From: Patescibacteria group bacterium
Lineage (GTDB): Bacteria; Patescibacteriota; Patescibacteriia; JACQRZ01
Length of the DNA: 64,000 nucleotides
Direction of reading: 5' to 3'
Assembly (NCBI GenBank): GCA_038065125.1
Contig: JBBTRP010000006.1
Span: 172-64,171, forward strand
Shown here in pieces: positions 9,152 through 19,845 of the stretch. The position numbers were made by a program, and so were the translations under genes. Within the stretch, counting starts at the first letter, position 1. Every line of letters starts with the position of its first letter. Below the pieces are notes generated by a model. That model was given only the letters and a program-made list of their open reading frames with translations. It did no database searches and was not told the origin of the DNA.

Positions 9152-10999
9152 TCAATTTTTTACTTCTTGAGTTGTGATCTGAATGAGGGCTTCGCAGGCG
9201 GCGCTGGCATTATTCCCGGCGCATTCTTTTTTGATATTTTCAAGCGCTGACATCAAGTTCGCTTGCCGCTCTGATCCGTGAAGCCGCGCAATAAAGATTT
9301 TTTCTAACGGGGTGGGAATCTCGCCGGCAATTAGGAGTTCTTCGGAGAGGCGCTCTCCCGGGCGGGGAGCGGTCGTGATGATTTGAATATCGATTTCAGG
9401 TTGATAGCCCGCAAGGCGGATCATTTCAGTGGCAAGGTCGCACACTTTGACGGGCGTGCCCATGTCAAGGCAGAAAATTTCCCCGTTTCCCGAGAGCGCT
9501 CCGGCTTGTAGGACCAGGAGGCACGCCTCTGATGTCACCATAAAGTATCGCTGCATGTCCGGGTGTGTAATTTCTACCGGGCCACCTTTTTTGATTTGCT
9601 CTCGGAAGATTTCTATCACGTTACCTTGTGAGTCAAGGACATTACCAAAGCGCACGGCGCAAAATGAGGTTTTGCCCGGCCCGGTTCCGTGGAGCTCGAC
9701 GCAGAGCATCTCCCCGACGCGTTTGGTGCGACCCATGACTGAGACCGGTCTGACCGCCTTGTCAGTCGAGATGAAAATGAATTTTTCCGCCGCATGTTCA
9801 ATCGAAGCACGCGCAACGGAGAGCGTACCGAAGATATTGTTTTTGATCGCCTCCAGGGGGTTTTCTTCCATCACCGGTACGTGCTTGTACGCGGCGGCGT
9901 GGAATACGATCTGGGGTTGCCGCTCGCTAAAGATCGCCGCGATTCGACCCTCATCACACACGTCCGTAACGATTCCGGCAAAGGGAGCATGGGGAAGTTT
10001 TTCCCGAATCGAACGGGAAAGATAAAACATTGCCGTCTCATTCTGATCAATGCCGATGACGGATTGTGGATGAAACGCGAGTAATTCGCGGATAAGCTGC
10101 GAGCCGATCGAGCCGGCGGCGCCAGTCACCAAGATCCTCTTGCCCTGAATAAAATCGCGCATAAGCCGTGTGTCGATTTTGACGGACTCGCGTCCCAGCA
10201 AATCTTCGATAGAAATGTCGCGAATAGTGGAGAGCGTTACCCGCCCTCCTATAACATCTTCGAGCGAGGGAAGGACTTTGAGGCGTGCAATATCGACCTG
10301 CTGTTCGCGTGCCGCGGCGATACATTTACGGATCTGTGGGTTTTCCGTTGCAAGAAGGACTTCGTCGATCGAGTACAACCGGAAGAGACGACCGAGATCT
10401 CCAAGTGTGCCGAGGACCGGGATGCCGTGGATCGTGGTGTGCTGTTTCACATTACTACCATCGAGAAAGCCGACCAGATGGTAGGTCGCGCTCATTAGGA
10501 GCGAGCGCGCAAGCTGCGCGGCGGCGTCCTCGGCGCCGATAATAAGGACTCTTTTCCCCGTGCGGTAGCGTCGCACGTCCCGTATCATTCGCTTGAGAAT
10601 TCGTACCGAACCCAAAAGGACAATCGAGAGGAGAAAATTCAGGAGCAGTGTCGAGCGAGGGAAGCTTTCGATGACGCCATAATCGCGGAGTACAAAGACG
10701 GTGAGAAGCTCGAGAAGCGTTACCAGGAGAACTCCTTTCAGGAGTTGGTACAAGTCTCTGATACTTACGAAAGAGAGATTGATGGTGTAGAGTTTTTGCC
10801 ACAAAAAAATCGGAATTGAGTAGGCGACATTCAGTGCGGAAAGGAGCACAAGGTTTCGCGTGAATATAGGGGGAAGAGCACCGTCGAAGCGCACGAGGAA
10901 GGCGGCAAGAGCCGCGACGCAGACGAGAAAAATATCGGCAGCGATAAATAGCGCATACCGATAAGGCGGTCGGGACAGGGTTGAATACAGTGAACTCAT
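9152..10999 (-). CDS. Membrane-bound UDP-GlcNAc 4,6-dehydratase (CapD/WbpM/PglF family)
   Basis: 4 N-terminal TMs; IEDLLGR, TGAAGSIG, HAAAYKHVP, ISTDKAV, VRFGNV. Confidence 0.92.
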   Translation of the reverse strand: MSSLYSTLSRPPYRYALFIAADIFLVCVAALAAFLVRFDGALPPIFTRNLVLLSALNVAYSIPIFLWQKLYTINLSFVSIRDLYQLLKGVLLVTLLELLTVFVLRDYGVIESFPRSTLLLNFLLSIVLLGSVRILKRMIRDVRRYRTGKRVLIIGAEDAAAQLARSLLMSATYHLVGFLDGSNVKQHTTIHGIPVLGTLGDLGRLFRLYSIDEVLLATENPQIRKCIAAAREQQVDIARLKVLPSLEDVIGGRVTLSTIRDISIEDLLGRESVKIDTRLMRDFIQGKRILVTGAAGSIGSQLIRELLAFHPQSVIGIDQNETAMFYLSRSIREKLPHAPFAGIVTDVCDEGRIAAIFSERQPQIVFHAAAYKHVPVMEENPLEAIKNNIFGTLSVARASIEHAAEKFIFISTDKAVRPVSVMGRTKRVGEMLCVELHGTGPGKTSFCAVRFGNVLDSQGNVIEIFREQIKKGGPVEITHPDMQRYFMVTSEACLLVLQAGALSGNGEIFCLDMGTPVKVCDLATEMIRLAGYQPEIDIQIITTAPRPGERLSEELLIAGEIPTPLEKIFIARLHGSERQANLMSALENIKKECAGNNASAACEALIQITTQEVKN

Positions 11000-11970
11000 A
11001 GGAAACGGTAGAGAGCGAGTCCGCAGACTACAAGCGCGGCCTGAATACCATAGAGAATGAAGAGCGTTTTTTTGATCGAACCAACACGCCGGTGTAGCGC
11101 GTCATAGAAATGATCGCGATCCGCGAGGAGCGGCACCTGTTTTTTGAGCGTTCTTCGAATTATTATATAAATGCAATTCACGAGCGGCAAGCCGACCACC
11201 AAGAGGAGCGAGAGGATAAGAAGCGGGGAGAGAATCTTCAATGCAAAAAACATTTGAACACTGACGAGAAAGCCGAACAGATAGCTCCCATTATCACCGA
11301 GAAAAATCGATGCGGGGGGAAAGTTATGTAGAAGAAATCCAAGAGCCGCTCCGCCGGTTAGCGCCGCGATAATCATTCCAAGCGCATTTTGCTCGTGAAG
11401 GAATATGACGAAAAACCCAAGCGATGAGAGAGCCACCAATCCCGCCAGGAGACCGTCAAGTCCGTCGATAATGTTACTTGCGTTGATAAGGGTAATGAGA
11501 AGTACCGCGCCAATGAGTGACCCAACAAGGGTTGAGGTGGAAAGGATGACTCCTGCGTCGGCACTCATGAGGAGGACACTCGCAAGAGTGGCCATCACAA
11601 TTTGAGATACAATTTTTTGCAAAAGTGCAGGGGTACTTCGAACTTGCCACTTAAGGTCGTCCCACAGTCCAAAAAGCCACACGACGATGCCGGCAAGAAA
11701 AACAGTCCAGAGCGTGGGTGAGGCGTATAAAACTCCAAAAACTCCAAATGTTTCAGCGAGGGTGCTGCCAAGAGCAACTGCCGCAATACTGACGAGAATC
11801 GCAAGGCCGCCAAGGAATGGGATGGGTTTGTTATGGATCTTGAGGCCGTCGTTGGCCGGGTTGTCCGTGAAATTAAATAATCGCGCACCTCGCTTGATGA
11901 GAGGCAAAACGGCTGCGCATACCAAACCCCCCAGAAGGAATATCAGGCCCAGAAGTACCGGAAATGTCAT
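10996..11970 (-). CDS. Polyprenyl-phosphate HexNAc-1-phosphate transferase (WecA/MraY family)
   Basis: KIHNKPIPFLGG, GLWDD, NIIDGLDGL, IFLGDNG, DRDHFY; polytopic. Confidence 0.9.
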   Translation of the reverse strand: MTFPVLLGLIFLLGGLVCAAVLPLIKRGARLFNFTDNPANDGLKIHNKPIPFLGGLAILVSIAAVALGSTLAETFGVFGVLYASPTLWTVFLAGIVVWLFGLWDDLKWQVRSTPALLQKIVSQIVMATLASVLLMSADAGVILSTSTLVGSLIGAVLLITLINASNIIDGLDGLLAGLVALSSLGFFVIFLHEQNALGMIIAALTGGAALGFLLHNFPPASIFLGDNGSYLFGFLVSVQMFFALKILSPLLILSLLLVVGLPLVNCIYIIIRRTLKKQVPLLADRDHFYDALHRRVGSIKKTLFILYGIQAALVVCGLALYRFL

Positions 11971-13196
11971 TGGTTGGTGATAAGTTTCAAGGCGTTACTG
12001 TAGGTTTCTGCAAGAGCTTCCCGGGTATAGTGCGCGGTCACAAACGAATATCCATTGCGACCCAGCTCTTCGCCCTTCTCGCGGTTACCGGCGAGAAAAA
12101 GGATTTTTTCCTTTAAATCATGAGGATTTTCCGGTTCGCAGAATACACCCGCGTGTGCCCCTTGTACCACAAGATCGCGCGCGGCACCGTCGATTGCGAG
12201 GATGACGGGCCTTGAACAGGCCATATAGTCAAAGACCTTATTCGGATAAACCGTCTTAAAAATATCAAGTTTTTTGAGTACCGCAAGCCCCGCATCGCAC
12301 GCCTCAATCATGTCGGCAATTTTTTCTTTCGGCATGGGATCGAGGAAGGCGACCTGTTTTAGTCCTTCTCGCTGTGCGCGATCCTGGAGTTCCTTCTTTT
12401 TCATGCCCTCGCCCATGAGCAGAAAAACAATATCCGCGCGGTCCTTGAGCAGCGCGGCGGCGTCAAGAATCTGGTCAAGGTGGTTCGCGATACCATGCGC
12501 ACCGATATAGAGTACTGTATATGCGTTCTCGATCCCGAGACGCTGTCGCATAATCTCGCGGGGCGTAGTGACGCGAAGTAAGTCCATATCCGCACCGTTG
12601 GGGAGGAGGATGATTTTTTCGCGCGGAACCTTCTTTTCGTCGATGAGCTTGTCGCGGAATGCTGGAGTAAGTACGGGAATTAGTGACGCTGCAAGGTACA
12701 GTTTTTTTTCGAGCCACAGCGCAGTGGCGATGAGAAAACGGTTTTTGAGGACCCCGACCTCGATAGCGGACTCCGGCCAGAGGTCGCGTACTTCAAAAAC
12801 CAACGGGATACGCCATCTCCAACTTGCAAGAAGCCCCGGTATGCCGACATGCAGGGGTGGCGAGGTCGCGATCACCACATCGGGCGTGCCGGCCATAAGC
12901 ACGCCAACACTCGCGCTCACGGTAAAAGAGAGATATCCCCACATGCGGCCTAAGAAATTTTTATTGTACGCATCAGAGACGAATGTGCGGATTAATGTGA
13001 CGTCATTATCTTTTTCAATTGCAATAAGTTTTCCGCGGTATTTTTGCGGCTTCGTGCCGGTCAGATAGTGCGCCATGCCACAGACCACCGTGACAGTGTG
13101 CCCCTCACGCGTCCAATATTTTGCAAACTGATTGAAGCGCGAAATCCCCGCACCGCCCTGCTCAAGATAGTATTGGTGGATGATAAGGATCTTCAT
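11967..13196 (-). CDS. GT4 glycosyltransferase (WbuB-like)
   Basis: ATSPPL, FEVRDLWPE, PNKVFDYMA. Confidence 0.9.
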   Translation of the reverse strand: MKILIIHQYYLEQGGAGISRFNQFAKYWTREGHTVTVVCGMAHYLTGTKPQKYRGKLIAIEKDNDVTLIRTFVSDAYNKNFLGRMWGYLSFTVSASVGVLMAGTPDVVIATSPPLHVGIPGLLASWRWRIPLVFEVRDLWPESAIEVGVLKNRFLIATALWLEKKLYLAASLIPVLTPAFRDKLIDEKKVPREKIILLPNGADMDLLRVTTPREIMRQRLGIENAYTVLYIGAHGIANHLDQILDAAALLKDRADIVFLLMGEGMKKKELQDRAQREGLKQVAFLDPMPKEKIADMIEACDAGLAVLKKLDIFKTVYPNKVFDYMACSRPVILAIDGAARDLVVQGAHAGVFCEPENPHDLKEKILFLAGNREKGEELGRNGYSFVTAHYTREALAETYSNALKLITNQ

Positions 13197-15118
13197 ACCC
13201 TGCCTGCCTTCTCAATAAAAATTTGATGCCAAAGTGAGAAGGTGATGAGCGACCAGAGCTGATAGCTCGTGTCCCCGATATCTCGCTCGTGTGCACTCAC
13301 GAGCTGCTGGACTGCTGCAGCGTTGAAGTACTGCATCGATGGACGGTTGGGGGAGAGGAGGTCTGACCCGAGCTCCTGGAGCGATTTTTTCCACGATCGG
13401 ATCGGAAGCGCGAAACCGGTTTTTTTCTGATACACCAGATCCCTGGGAAGCGTTGCTTCCGCGAATTTTTTTACCACATATTTCCCCTCCACACCTCTCA
13501 ACTTGAATTGGAGGGGCAGCGAGAATGCAAACTCGATAATATCGCGGTCAAGAAACGGCGAGCGGACCTCGCAGCCCGATGCCATGCTCATCTTGTCGGT
13601 GTACATGAGGTTGTGCTCCGGGAGGAATGTCTTGAAGTCCGTGTAGAGTTGCCGCGTGAGAAGATCACGACTCCCAAAGCGTGCGAAGTGCCGACGTTTT
13701 GACGCGAGGGTGTCGAGAGGCACGACAGGCCTTGCAAGTAGATGCCCGACCTCCGAATCGGTCAGCCAAGCAGTGAGTCCCAGACTTCGCTCGTCGCGCG
13801 GGAGCACCAGGAATTTTCCCTTACGGACGAGATAGCGAATCCAGGAGTTGGTGTGGCTCAAGCGTTCCAAGGCGGGCGAACCTACCGAGAGTGCGATTTT
13901 GACGAGCGGATTTACGAGACACTGGACAGCGTCCAGGTTCCGGAGCTTCCAGGCCATGAGATAGTGATTGTATCCGGCAAAAAGTTCATCGCTTCCCATT
14001 CCCGAGAGAAGCACGGTGATGCCGCCGCGGCGCGCTTCACGGCAGATGAGATACGCGTTGATTTCGGCAGGATCCGTGATCGGTTCATCAAGGTGCCAAA
14101 TAACGCTGGGTAGGAGCTCGAGGAGATTCGGTTCGAGAATGAGCTCTCGATAGTCGATCCGAGGCCCGAGAAGATTTTTGAGTTGTCGAGCAAAAACAAG
14201 TTCGTTTTTTCCCGCAGTGTCCCGGTGTGTGTCGACTGCGCGAAACCCGGTGGTGAAGGAGACCAGAGGCTCATCGGTGAATTCGCAGGCGTGTCGGACA
14301 ATAAGACTTGAGTCTAGTCCGCCCGAAAGAAAGGCGCCGACTTTCACGTCTGCAATCATATGACGTTTGACTGCCGAGCCAAACAGACGTCCGAACTCGT
14401 CGACTGCATCAGTGAACGTGCCGGAGAACGGCGTCACTCGCTCAAGGGGATTCCACCACTCCTTGAGTGTCACGGTCCCGTCTTTCCACAAAAGAGAATG
14501 GGCTGCGGGGAGCTTGAAGATTCCCTCAAACATAGTGCCGGGTTCGTGCACGCGCAGGGAGGCGAGGTACCCCGGGATTGCAGTAGTGTTGACGCGAGGA
14601 GAGACGAGGCCGGATGCAAGGATCGCCTTGATCTCGGATGCCCACACGAGACTGCCGTCCGGCAGGTGTGAGTAGTACAAAGGTTTTTGGCCGGTATGAT
14701 CGCGCGCAAGGAGCAGCGTATTCTCGCGTTGATCCCAGAGCGCAAGCGCGAACATGCCGTTGAATTTGGACAGCGCGTCCGCGCCCCACGCTCTGACGCT
14801 TTCCACAATAACCTCGGTATCCGATCTAGAGCGGAACGTGTGTCCGAGGTGCTCAAGGTCCGCTTTGATTTCTCGGAAGTTATAAAGCTCACCGTTGTAG
14901 GTGATCCAGAGTTTTTGTGACTCGTCGCTCATCGGCTGGTGTCCCGCTGGGGAGAGATCGAGAATTGCCAGACGGCGCATGCCCAGGAAGACGTTCCATT
15001 CGCCCGCACGGCGCACGACGGTGCCGCGGTCGTCGGGGCCACGATGCGCGATGCGATCCGTCATCGCATCGATAGGTACGGTGTTATTTTTTGTAATTGC
15101 TCCGACGATGCCGCACAT
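13193..15118 (-). CDS. asnB: Asparagine synthase-like glutamine amidotransferase (probable sugar amidotransferase)
   Basis: N-terminal MCGI, RRLAILDL, NGELYNF, LSGGLDSS, SGMGSDELFAGY. Confidence 0.9.
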   Translation of the reverse strand: MCGIVGAITKNNTVPIDAMTDRIAHRGPDDRGTVVRRAGEWNVFLGMRRLAILDLSPAGHQPMSDESQKLWITYNGELYNFREIKADLEHLGHTFRSRSDTEVIVESVRAWGADALSKFNGMFALALWDQRENTLLLARDHTGQKPLYYSHLPDGSLVWASEIKAILASGLVSPRVNTTAIPGYLASLRVHEPGTMFEGIFKLPAAHSLLWKDGTVTLKEWWNPLERVTPFSGTFTDAVDEFGRLFGSAVKRHMIADVKVGAFLSGGLDSSLIVRHACEFTDEPLVSFTTGFRAVDTHRDTAGKNELVFARQLKNLLGPRIDYRELILEPNLLELLPSVIWHLDEPITDPAEINAYLICREARRGGITVLLSGMGSDELFAGYNHYLMAWKLRNLDAVQCLVNPLVKIALSVGSPALERLSHTNSWIRYLVRKGKFLVLPRDERSLGLTAWLTDSEVGHLLARPVVPLDTLASKRRHFARFGSRDLLTRQLYTDFKTFLPEHNLMYTDKMSMASGCEVRSPFLDRDIIEFAFSLPLQFKLRGVEGKYVVKKFAEATLPRDLVYQKKTGFALPIRSWKKSLQELGSDLLSPNRPSMQYFNAAAVQQLVSAHERDIGDTSYQLWSLITFSLWHQIFIEKAGRV

Positions 15119-15124
15119 ACTGGG

Positions 15125-15157
15125 TAGCCGTTAGCTTTTAGCCGTTAGCTTTTAGCT
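15125..15157. repeat. Short heptamer repeat at a gene junction
   Basis: tagccgt tagcttt tagccgt tagcttt tagct. Confidence 0.7.
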
Positions 15158-16079
15158 GGGAATAATAATCTCGCCAATACTGGAGGAGGTGGGGGAGGGT
15201 GTTGTTGAGGAAATCGAATTGAGGGTGCCAGCCGGTTTCGCGCGTCAGTTTTTCGTGCGACCCGACACTGACTGAAGGCTCTCCGGATACGGACTCACAA
15301 ATCTCGATGGGCACCTTCGCAAGCCCAACCGCCGCCTGAGCGATCTGGCGGATCGAGAGCTGACGACCTGAGCAGACATTAAAGATGTCACCTTTCATTT
15401 CGTGCTCCAGAAGGAGCTGATACGCAGACACCACGTCTCCAACATCGAGATAATCGCGCAGATTCTCTGGATTTTCAATATGAATAATCGGCTTGCGCAA
15501 GCCTTGTTCGATCTGCGCTATCTGCTGTAAAAGACTACTCACGAATGTGATCGGTTTTTGTCCACCTCCCGAATGTTGGAACGGGCGTACTATGGTGAGT
15601 GGTATTTGATGTCGATCGGCAAAAAATTTCGCACAGCACTCCGCACCGTATTTACTGAGCGCATAGGGTGTGTCAAGCGAGAGGAGCGACTCCTCAGCGA
15701 TTGGGTCTGGGGAAGGGGAGTACACGGCAGATGAACTTACCAAAATGACGCCAGTGTGTGCAGTTCTGCACGCATCAAGCACGGCAAGAGTTCCTTCGAT
15801 ATTCGTCTCAATGGTTACTTGAGCACCCTGAACGGTTCTTGATGAGGGTCCGTGCGCGGCGGCAAGGTGAATCACGGTGTCGGGCTTCAGGTCAGAGACG
15901 ATACGCGAAACGCCTGAGGCGTCAGTGACGGAGCAGTTAAATGTCTGACCGCGCAGGAGAGCGGGCGGATGCGAATCTTTTCGCGTAATACCAAACACCT
16001 CATACCCCGAAGCAATCAAAGAAGCGGCAAGATGCCTCCCCACGAATCCATTCACTCCGGTAATCAGTATTTTTTTCAT
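15138..16079 (-). CDS. NDP-sugar reductase/epimerase (Rmd-like extended SDR)
   Basis: TGVNGFVG, SSSAVY, PYALSK, RDYLDV. Confidence 0.8.
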   Translation of the reverse strand: MKKILITGVNGFVGRHLAASLIASGYEVFGITRKDSHPPALLRGQTFNCSVTDASGVSRIVSDLKPDTVIHLAAAHGPSSRTVQGAQVTIETNIEGTLAVLDACRTAHTGVILVSSSAVYSPSPDPIAEESLLSLDTPYALSKYGAECCAKFFADRHQIPLTIVRPFQHSGGGQKPITFVSSLLQQIAQIEQGLRKPIIHIENPENLRDYLDVGDVVSAYQLLLEHEMKGDIFNVCSGRQLSIRQIAQAAVGLAKVPIEICESVSGEPSVSVGSHEKLTRETGWHPQFDFLNNTLPHLLQYWRDYYSQLKANG

Positions 16080-16897
16080 TTCTTCATTTCTCGTTCATTC
16101 AACTCCTTGAGTTTAATCGAAATATGAAACTCCTGGATACCACGCAATATGCAAAACACAAATCCCGGATAGCCGTCCAGAAAACCCCGTTGGATGACGT
16201 ACATAATGAAGAAGCGTAAAAAGGGCCTCCCCGGCAGCCGGTAAAAAATATTTTTTAGCGCGCGTTTTTGCTCGACCGGATTTCGGGAAAAAAGTGAACC
16301 GTCGAGCGTCTCGGTTGGGCGTATGCGTTCTGTCGCCTCAAGCGATGAGTAGCGGTTATGTTTTTTAATCCACGCCTCCAGTCCTTTATGATCCTCGTGA
16401 ATGAGGTCTTTGGCGATATAGCCGACCGACCCGGACGGAATCATATGCTCGTCAACGCCGCGGTCTTCATACCGCGCCGCGCTTTTTTTGAAGAAGCGAA
16501 GACTCCACGACGGATACCATCCCGCGTGACGGATCCATCGGCCGAGAAAATAAAAACGTCGGTTGACATACCAGCATTCAGGGCTTAAAGAGTCGCTAGT
16601 AACACGGACGAGCTCATCGCGCAGCTCTGGAGTGATGCACTCATCAGCGTCAAGAATAAAGATCCACTCGCCAGTGAACGGGAGGGTATCAAGTGCCCAA
16701 TTTTTTTGTTTTGCATACCCGTCAAACTGCCGCTGAACCAGGTGTGTGTTTGAAAAACTCTTTACAATGTCTGGCGTGGCATCCGAACTGAAGTTATCAA
16801 CGACGAAAATTTCATCCGCCCATGCGCAACTCTCCAGCGCATGACGGATATTTGTTTCTTCATTATAACTTTGGATGAGAACCGAGATTCTGTTCAT
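16076..16897 (-). CDS. GT2 glycosyltransferase (WaaE/KdtX-like)
   Basis: YNEETNI, VVDNFSSD, LDADE, GFLDG. Confidence 0.88.
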   Translation of the reverse strand: MNRISVLIQSYNEETNIRHALESCAWADEIFVVDNFSSDATPDIVKSFSNTHLVQRQFDGYAKQKNWALDTLPFTGEWIFILDADECITPELRDELVRVTSDSLSPECWYVNRRFYFLGRWIRHAGWYPSWSLRFFKKSAARYEDRGVDEHMIPSGSVGYIAKDLIHEDHKGLEAWIKKHNRYSSLEATERIRPTETLDGSLFSRNPVEQKRALKNIFYRLPGRPFLRFFIMYVIQRGFLDGYPGFVFCILRGIQEFHISIKLKELNEREMKK

Positions 16898-17508
16898 AGC
16901 TTGACCCCAAAGGCGATAGTGTCCATCCAGAGAGGCGCAAAGCGACCAATATGGCGAAATGCGGGCGCAAGACCGCGCTTACGTAAAAGATTGTGCAGCG
17001 CCCGGTCAGAAAAAAAACGGATATGCGGTCCGGTGACGTCAAAGTGCTTATCGAATCCAATTAGTGCGAGAATGAAATTTTTTACATACCCGTGAAATGG
17101 AGTTGTGATGAAGAAAAATCCGCCGGGCGCAAGTACCCGAGCAATCTCCGTGACGAATTGCTCGGTATCATACACATGCTCAATCACTTCCGCGCAAAAA
17201 ATTGCGTCAAATTGTCCTGGCGCGTAGGGGAGTGTGCCGTTCGATCGAATGAGATCGAACGAGATATGAGGAAACGATGTTTGTGCTTTGCGAATGGCAG
17301 TTTCGGATAGGTCGACGCCGGAAATATTAAAACCAAGTTTTCCGATACGGTCAGTGAGCGCACCATCGCCGCAACCGATGTCGAGAATTGATTGCGGCCT
17401 ACTCTGCTGAATATGATTCAGAAATAAAGACAACCGAATTGGAGAAAGAGGGTCATTTTCCGGCGGGGCTTCGTGTTGCCAATAGGTGTTATAGTACTCT
17501 CTGCTCAT
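16894..17508 (-). CDS. Class I SAM-dependent methyltransferase
   Basis: LDIGCGDG, EVIEHV, LAPGG. Confidence 0.88.
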   Translation of the reverse strand: MSREYYNTYWQHEAPPENDPLSPIRLSLFLNHIQQSRPQSILDIGCGDGALTDRIGKLGFNISGVDLSETAIRKAQTSFPHISFDLIRSNGTLPYAPGQFDAIFCAEVIEHVYDTEQFVTEIARVLAPGGFFFITTPFHGYVKNFILALIGFDKHFDVTGPHIRFFSDRALHNLLRKRGLAPAFRHIGRFAPLWMDTIAFGVKL

Positions 17509-18628
17509 ATGAAGAAAATAATTCTAAAATCCTTGAAACATGATCATCCCATCGAAAATAGTGAATCCGCTCTTGAGTTTTGCGGATGAGCTGATCTTGG
17601 AGTCCCTTATTCAATGCGAGCTCCCGTATTGTACGTGCCCAGGCGCTTGAATCAAGAGGTGAAACATAGAGCGCGGCATCAGCGCACAGCTCGCGGTTGA
17701 CGGGAAGATCCGAGCAAACAATCGGCAGGCCCGCCGCCATCGCCTCAATGAGAGGGTGTCCGAACGACTCGGCAAGCGAAGGCCAAACGAAAATATCTGC
17801 ATCCGCATAGAGTGCCGGCAGTTGCGGGGGTGGGAGGGGTCCCAGCGCATTCAGTGAGTCTCCCAGAGCCTTCATAAGGTCGAGGTCGTGGCTGGCGGTT
17901 GGAACCGTTTTGAAGAGGGGGAGCGATGGATCAATCGTCGCGGTCAATAAAAACTGCAAGGAGCCCTCGTTTTTGAGCCTCAGAAGGCCTTCCAGAAGCG
18001 AGGAGTAGTTTTTATAGTCCGAATAATGGCTGGTACATAAAATTCGCACCGGCGTACGTAGTGGCACTGTATTTCTGGAAAATGCACTTGGGTCTGTCCC
18101 ATACCAGTTTATGCTCGTCCTGACTGAGTCAACGGGTTTTGGCGTGAAAAAATCTTGTTGGAGGCTCGCAGTCGGGAATAGTGTATGTGTGGCAATTTTC
18201 TGGGAGGCGCTGATCAGGAGCGAACGCAGTGTAAACGTGAGGCGACTCGACAGAGATTTTTTTCGAAGAATGTGAGTTTTGTAGAGCTCTGAGAAGTACA
18301 GCGGGATGCGCACCAAGAGGATTTGAGGACAGGGAGAAAAAAAAGTTGCGAAATTCGCCGTTGAGTAGAGAAGATCGAATTTTTCTTTCCATAGGAGAAT
18401 TGGCAGTGTGATTTGTTGCCACAAAAAAATTCGAATAGGTGACTCGCATATACTCGCGTCGACAATTGCCAGCCGAATATTTTTTGCTGCACAGTCCACA
18501 ACTCCTTGTCGCACGACGATGGTGATTTCGTGTCCACGGGGGCGAGCATCCAGCTCGCGGATGAGCCGCTCAAGATACGTGAGCGCGCCCCCCATCCGCG
18601 CCGAAGTCGCGTTAATCAAGATTCTCAT
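17489..18628 (-). CDS. GT4 glycosyltransferase
   Basis: ESFGHPLIEAMAAG; start moved to ATG 18628, which overlaps the upstream stop (ATGA). Confidence 0.88.
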   Translation of the reverse strand: MRILINATSARMGGALTYLERLIRELDARPRGHEITIVVRQGVVDCAAKNIRLAIVDASICESPIRIFLWQQITLPILLWKEKFDLLYSTANFATFFSPCPQILLVRIPLYFSELYKTHILRKKSLSSRLTFTLRSLLISASQKIATHTLFPTASLQQDFFTPKPVDSVRTSINWYGTDPSAFSRNTVPLRTPVRILCTSHYSDYKNYSSLLEGLLRLKNEGSLQFLLTATIDPSLPLFKTVPTASHDLDLMKALGDSLNALGPLPPPQLPALYADADIFVWPSLAESFGHPLIEAMAAGLPIVCSDLPVNRELCADAALYVSPLDSSAWARTIRELALNKGLQDQLIRKTQERIHYFRWDDHVSRILELFSSYEQRVL

Positions 18629-19845
18629 CGTTCGGTGAGCCCACAAAAATCAAGGATCTGCGCGCCTTGGGGGAAAGAAACTTTTTTGAACACATCATGC
18701 GCGACCAGACACACGATAATATCGCCAGATTCCAACGAAGGAGCAGTATTAGTAATGTAGAACTCAAGCGCGCGCGTGATGTGCGGATCGACGCAGAAAA
18801 CATCGTATCCCTCACGGATCAGTTGTCGCACGATTGAGAGAGCCGGTGATTCGCGAATGTCATCGCTATTTGGCTTGTATGAGAGTCCAAGACAGGCGAT
18901 TGATGGCGCGCGATGGTTGACTCGCGTAAACTCAAATGCCGCCTTCCGAATCTTATCGACAACCCACTTTGTTTTTTCGGTGTTGCGATGATGTGCCGCG
19001 GAAATGAGTTTTGCCTCGTCTCGCGCAGCATGGGAGATGAAAAGCGGGTCGACGGCGACGCAGTGCCCACCCACTCCGGGGCCGGGTTTGAGAATGTTGA
19101 CGCGCGGATGCTTGTTTGCGCACTCAATCACATTCCAAACATTAAGCCCCGACTCATCGCAGATCATGGAGAGTTCGTTTGCAAAAGCGATGTTAACATT
19201 GCGATAGGCGTTCTCGACGAGCTTTGCCATTTCCGCAGTGCGCGCGTCAGTAACAATCAGCTCACCGGTGACGAACGATGCGTAGAACTCCCGGGCGCTC
19301 TGCGATGCTCGTGGAGTGAGTCCGCCGATGATTCGGGAATTTTCAATAAGCTCCGACAGAGTGTTTCCCGGTAATATTCTCTCCGGACAGTACGCGATAT
19401 CAATATCGTCGAGCGGTACGCCGCACTCGGCAAGTTGAGCCGCAACTTTTTCTGTCGTGCCGACCGGAGAGGTAGACTCCAAAATGATGAGATTGCCAGG
19501 TCGCACATGGGGTGCTAGTGCGTGTGCCGCCGCAAGGACGTGATCGATATTCGGGATGAAGTCATCCTTGAGTGGCGTGGGAACGGTAATCAGGAAAATA
19601 TTGGCGGCACTTGGCTCAAGCGCTGCCGTCAGCAAGCCCGTACCAACGCTCCCCGAAACAAGCTCATCAAGGCCTTCTTCGGCAATATGAATCTTGCCAT
19701 GATTGATCGTCTCGACAACTGATTTATTGATGTCCACGCCAGCGACACGGTAACCGTGACGTGTGAGTATTGCCGCCGTCGGCAGTCCGACGTAGCCAAG
19801 ACCCATCACACAGACTGTTTTTTTTGTTTTTTCGGGTATTTCCAT
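18625..19845 (-). CDS. wecC: UDP-N-acetyl-D-mannosamine dehydrogenase
   Basis: GLGYVGLP, ESTSPVGTT, CPERILPG, PGPGVGGHC, DDIRESP. Confidence 0.85.
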   Translation of the reverse strand: MEIPEKTKKTVCVMGLGYVGLPTAAILTRHGYRVAGVDINKSVVETINHGKIHIAEEGLDELVSGSVGTGLLTAALEPSAANIFLITVPTPLKDDFIPNIDHVLAAAHALAPHVRPGNLIILESTSPVGTTEKVAAQLAECGVPLDDIDIAYCPERILPGNTLSELIENSRIIGGLTPRASQSAREFYASFVTGELIVTDARTAEMAKLVENAYRNVNIAFANELSMICDESGLNVWNVIECANKHPRVNILKPGPGVGGHCVAVDPLFISHAARDEAKLISAAHHRNTEKTKWVVDKIRKAAFEFTRVNHRAPSIACLGLSYKPNSDDIRESPALSIVRQLIREGYDVFCVDPHITRALEFYITNTAPSLESGDIIVCLVAHDVFKKVSFPQGAQILDFCGLTER

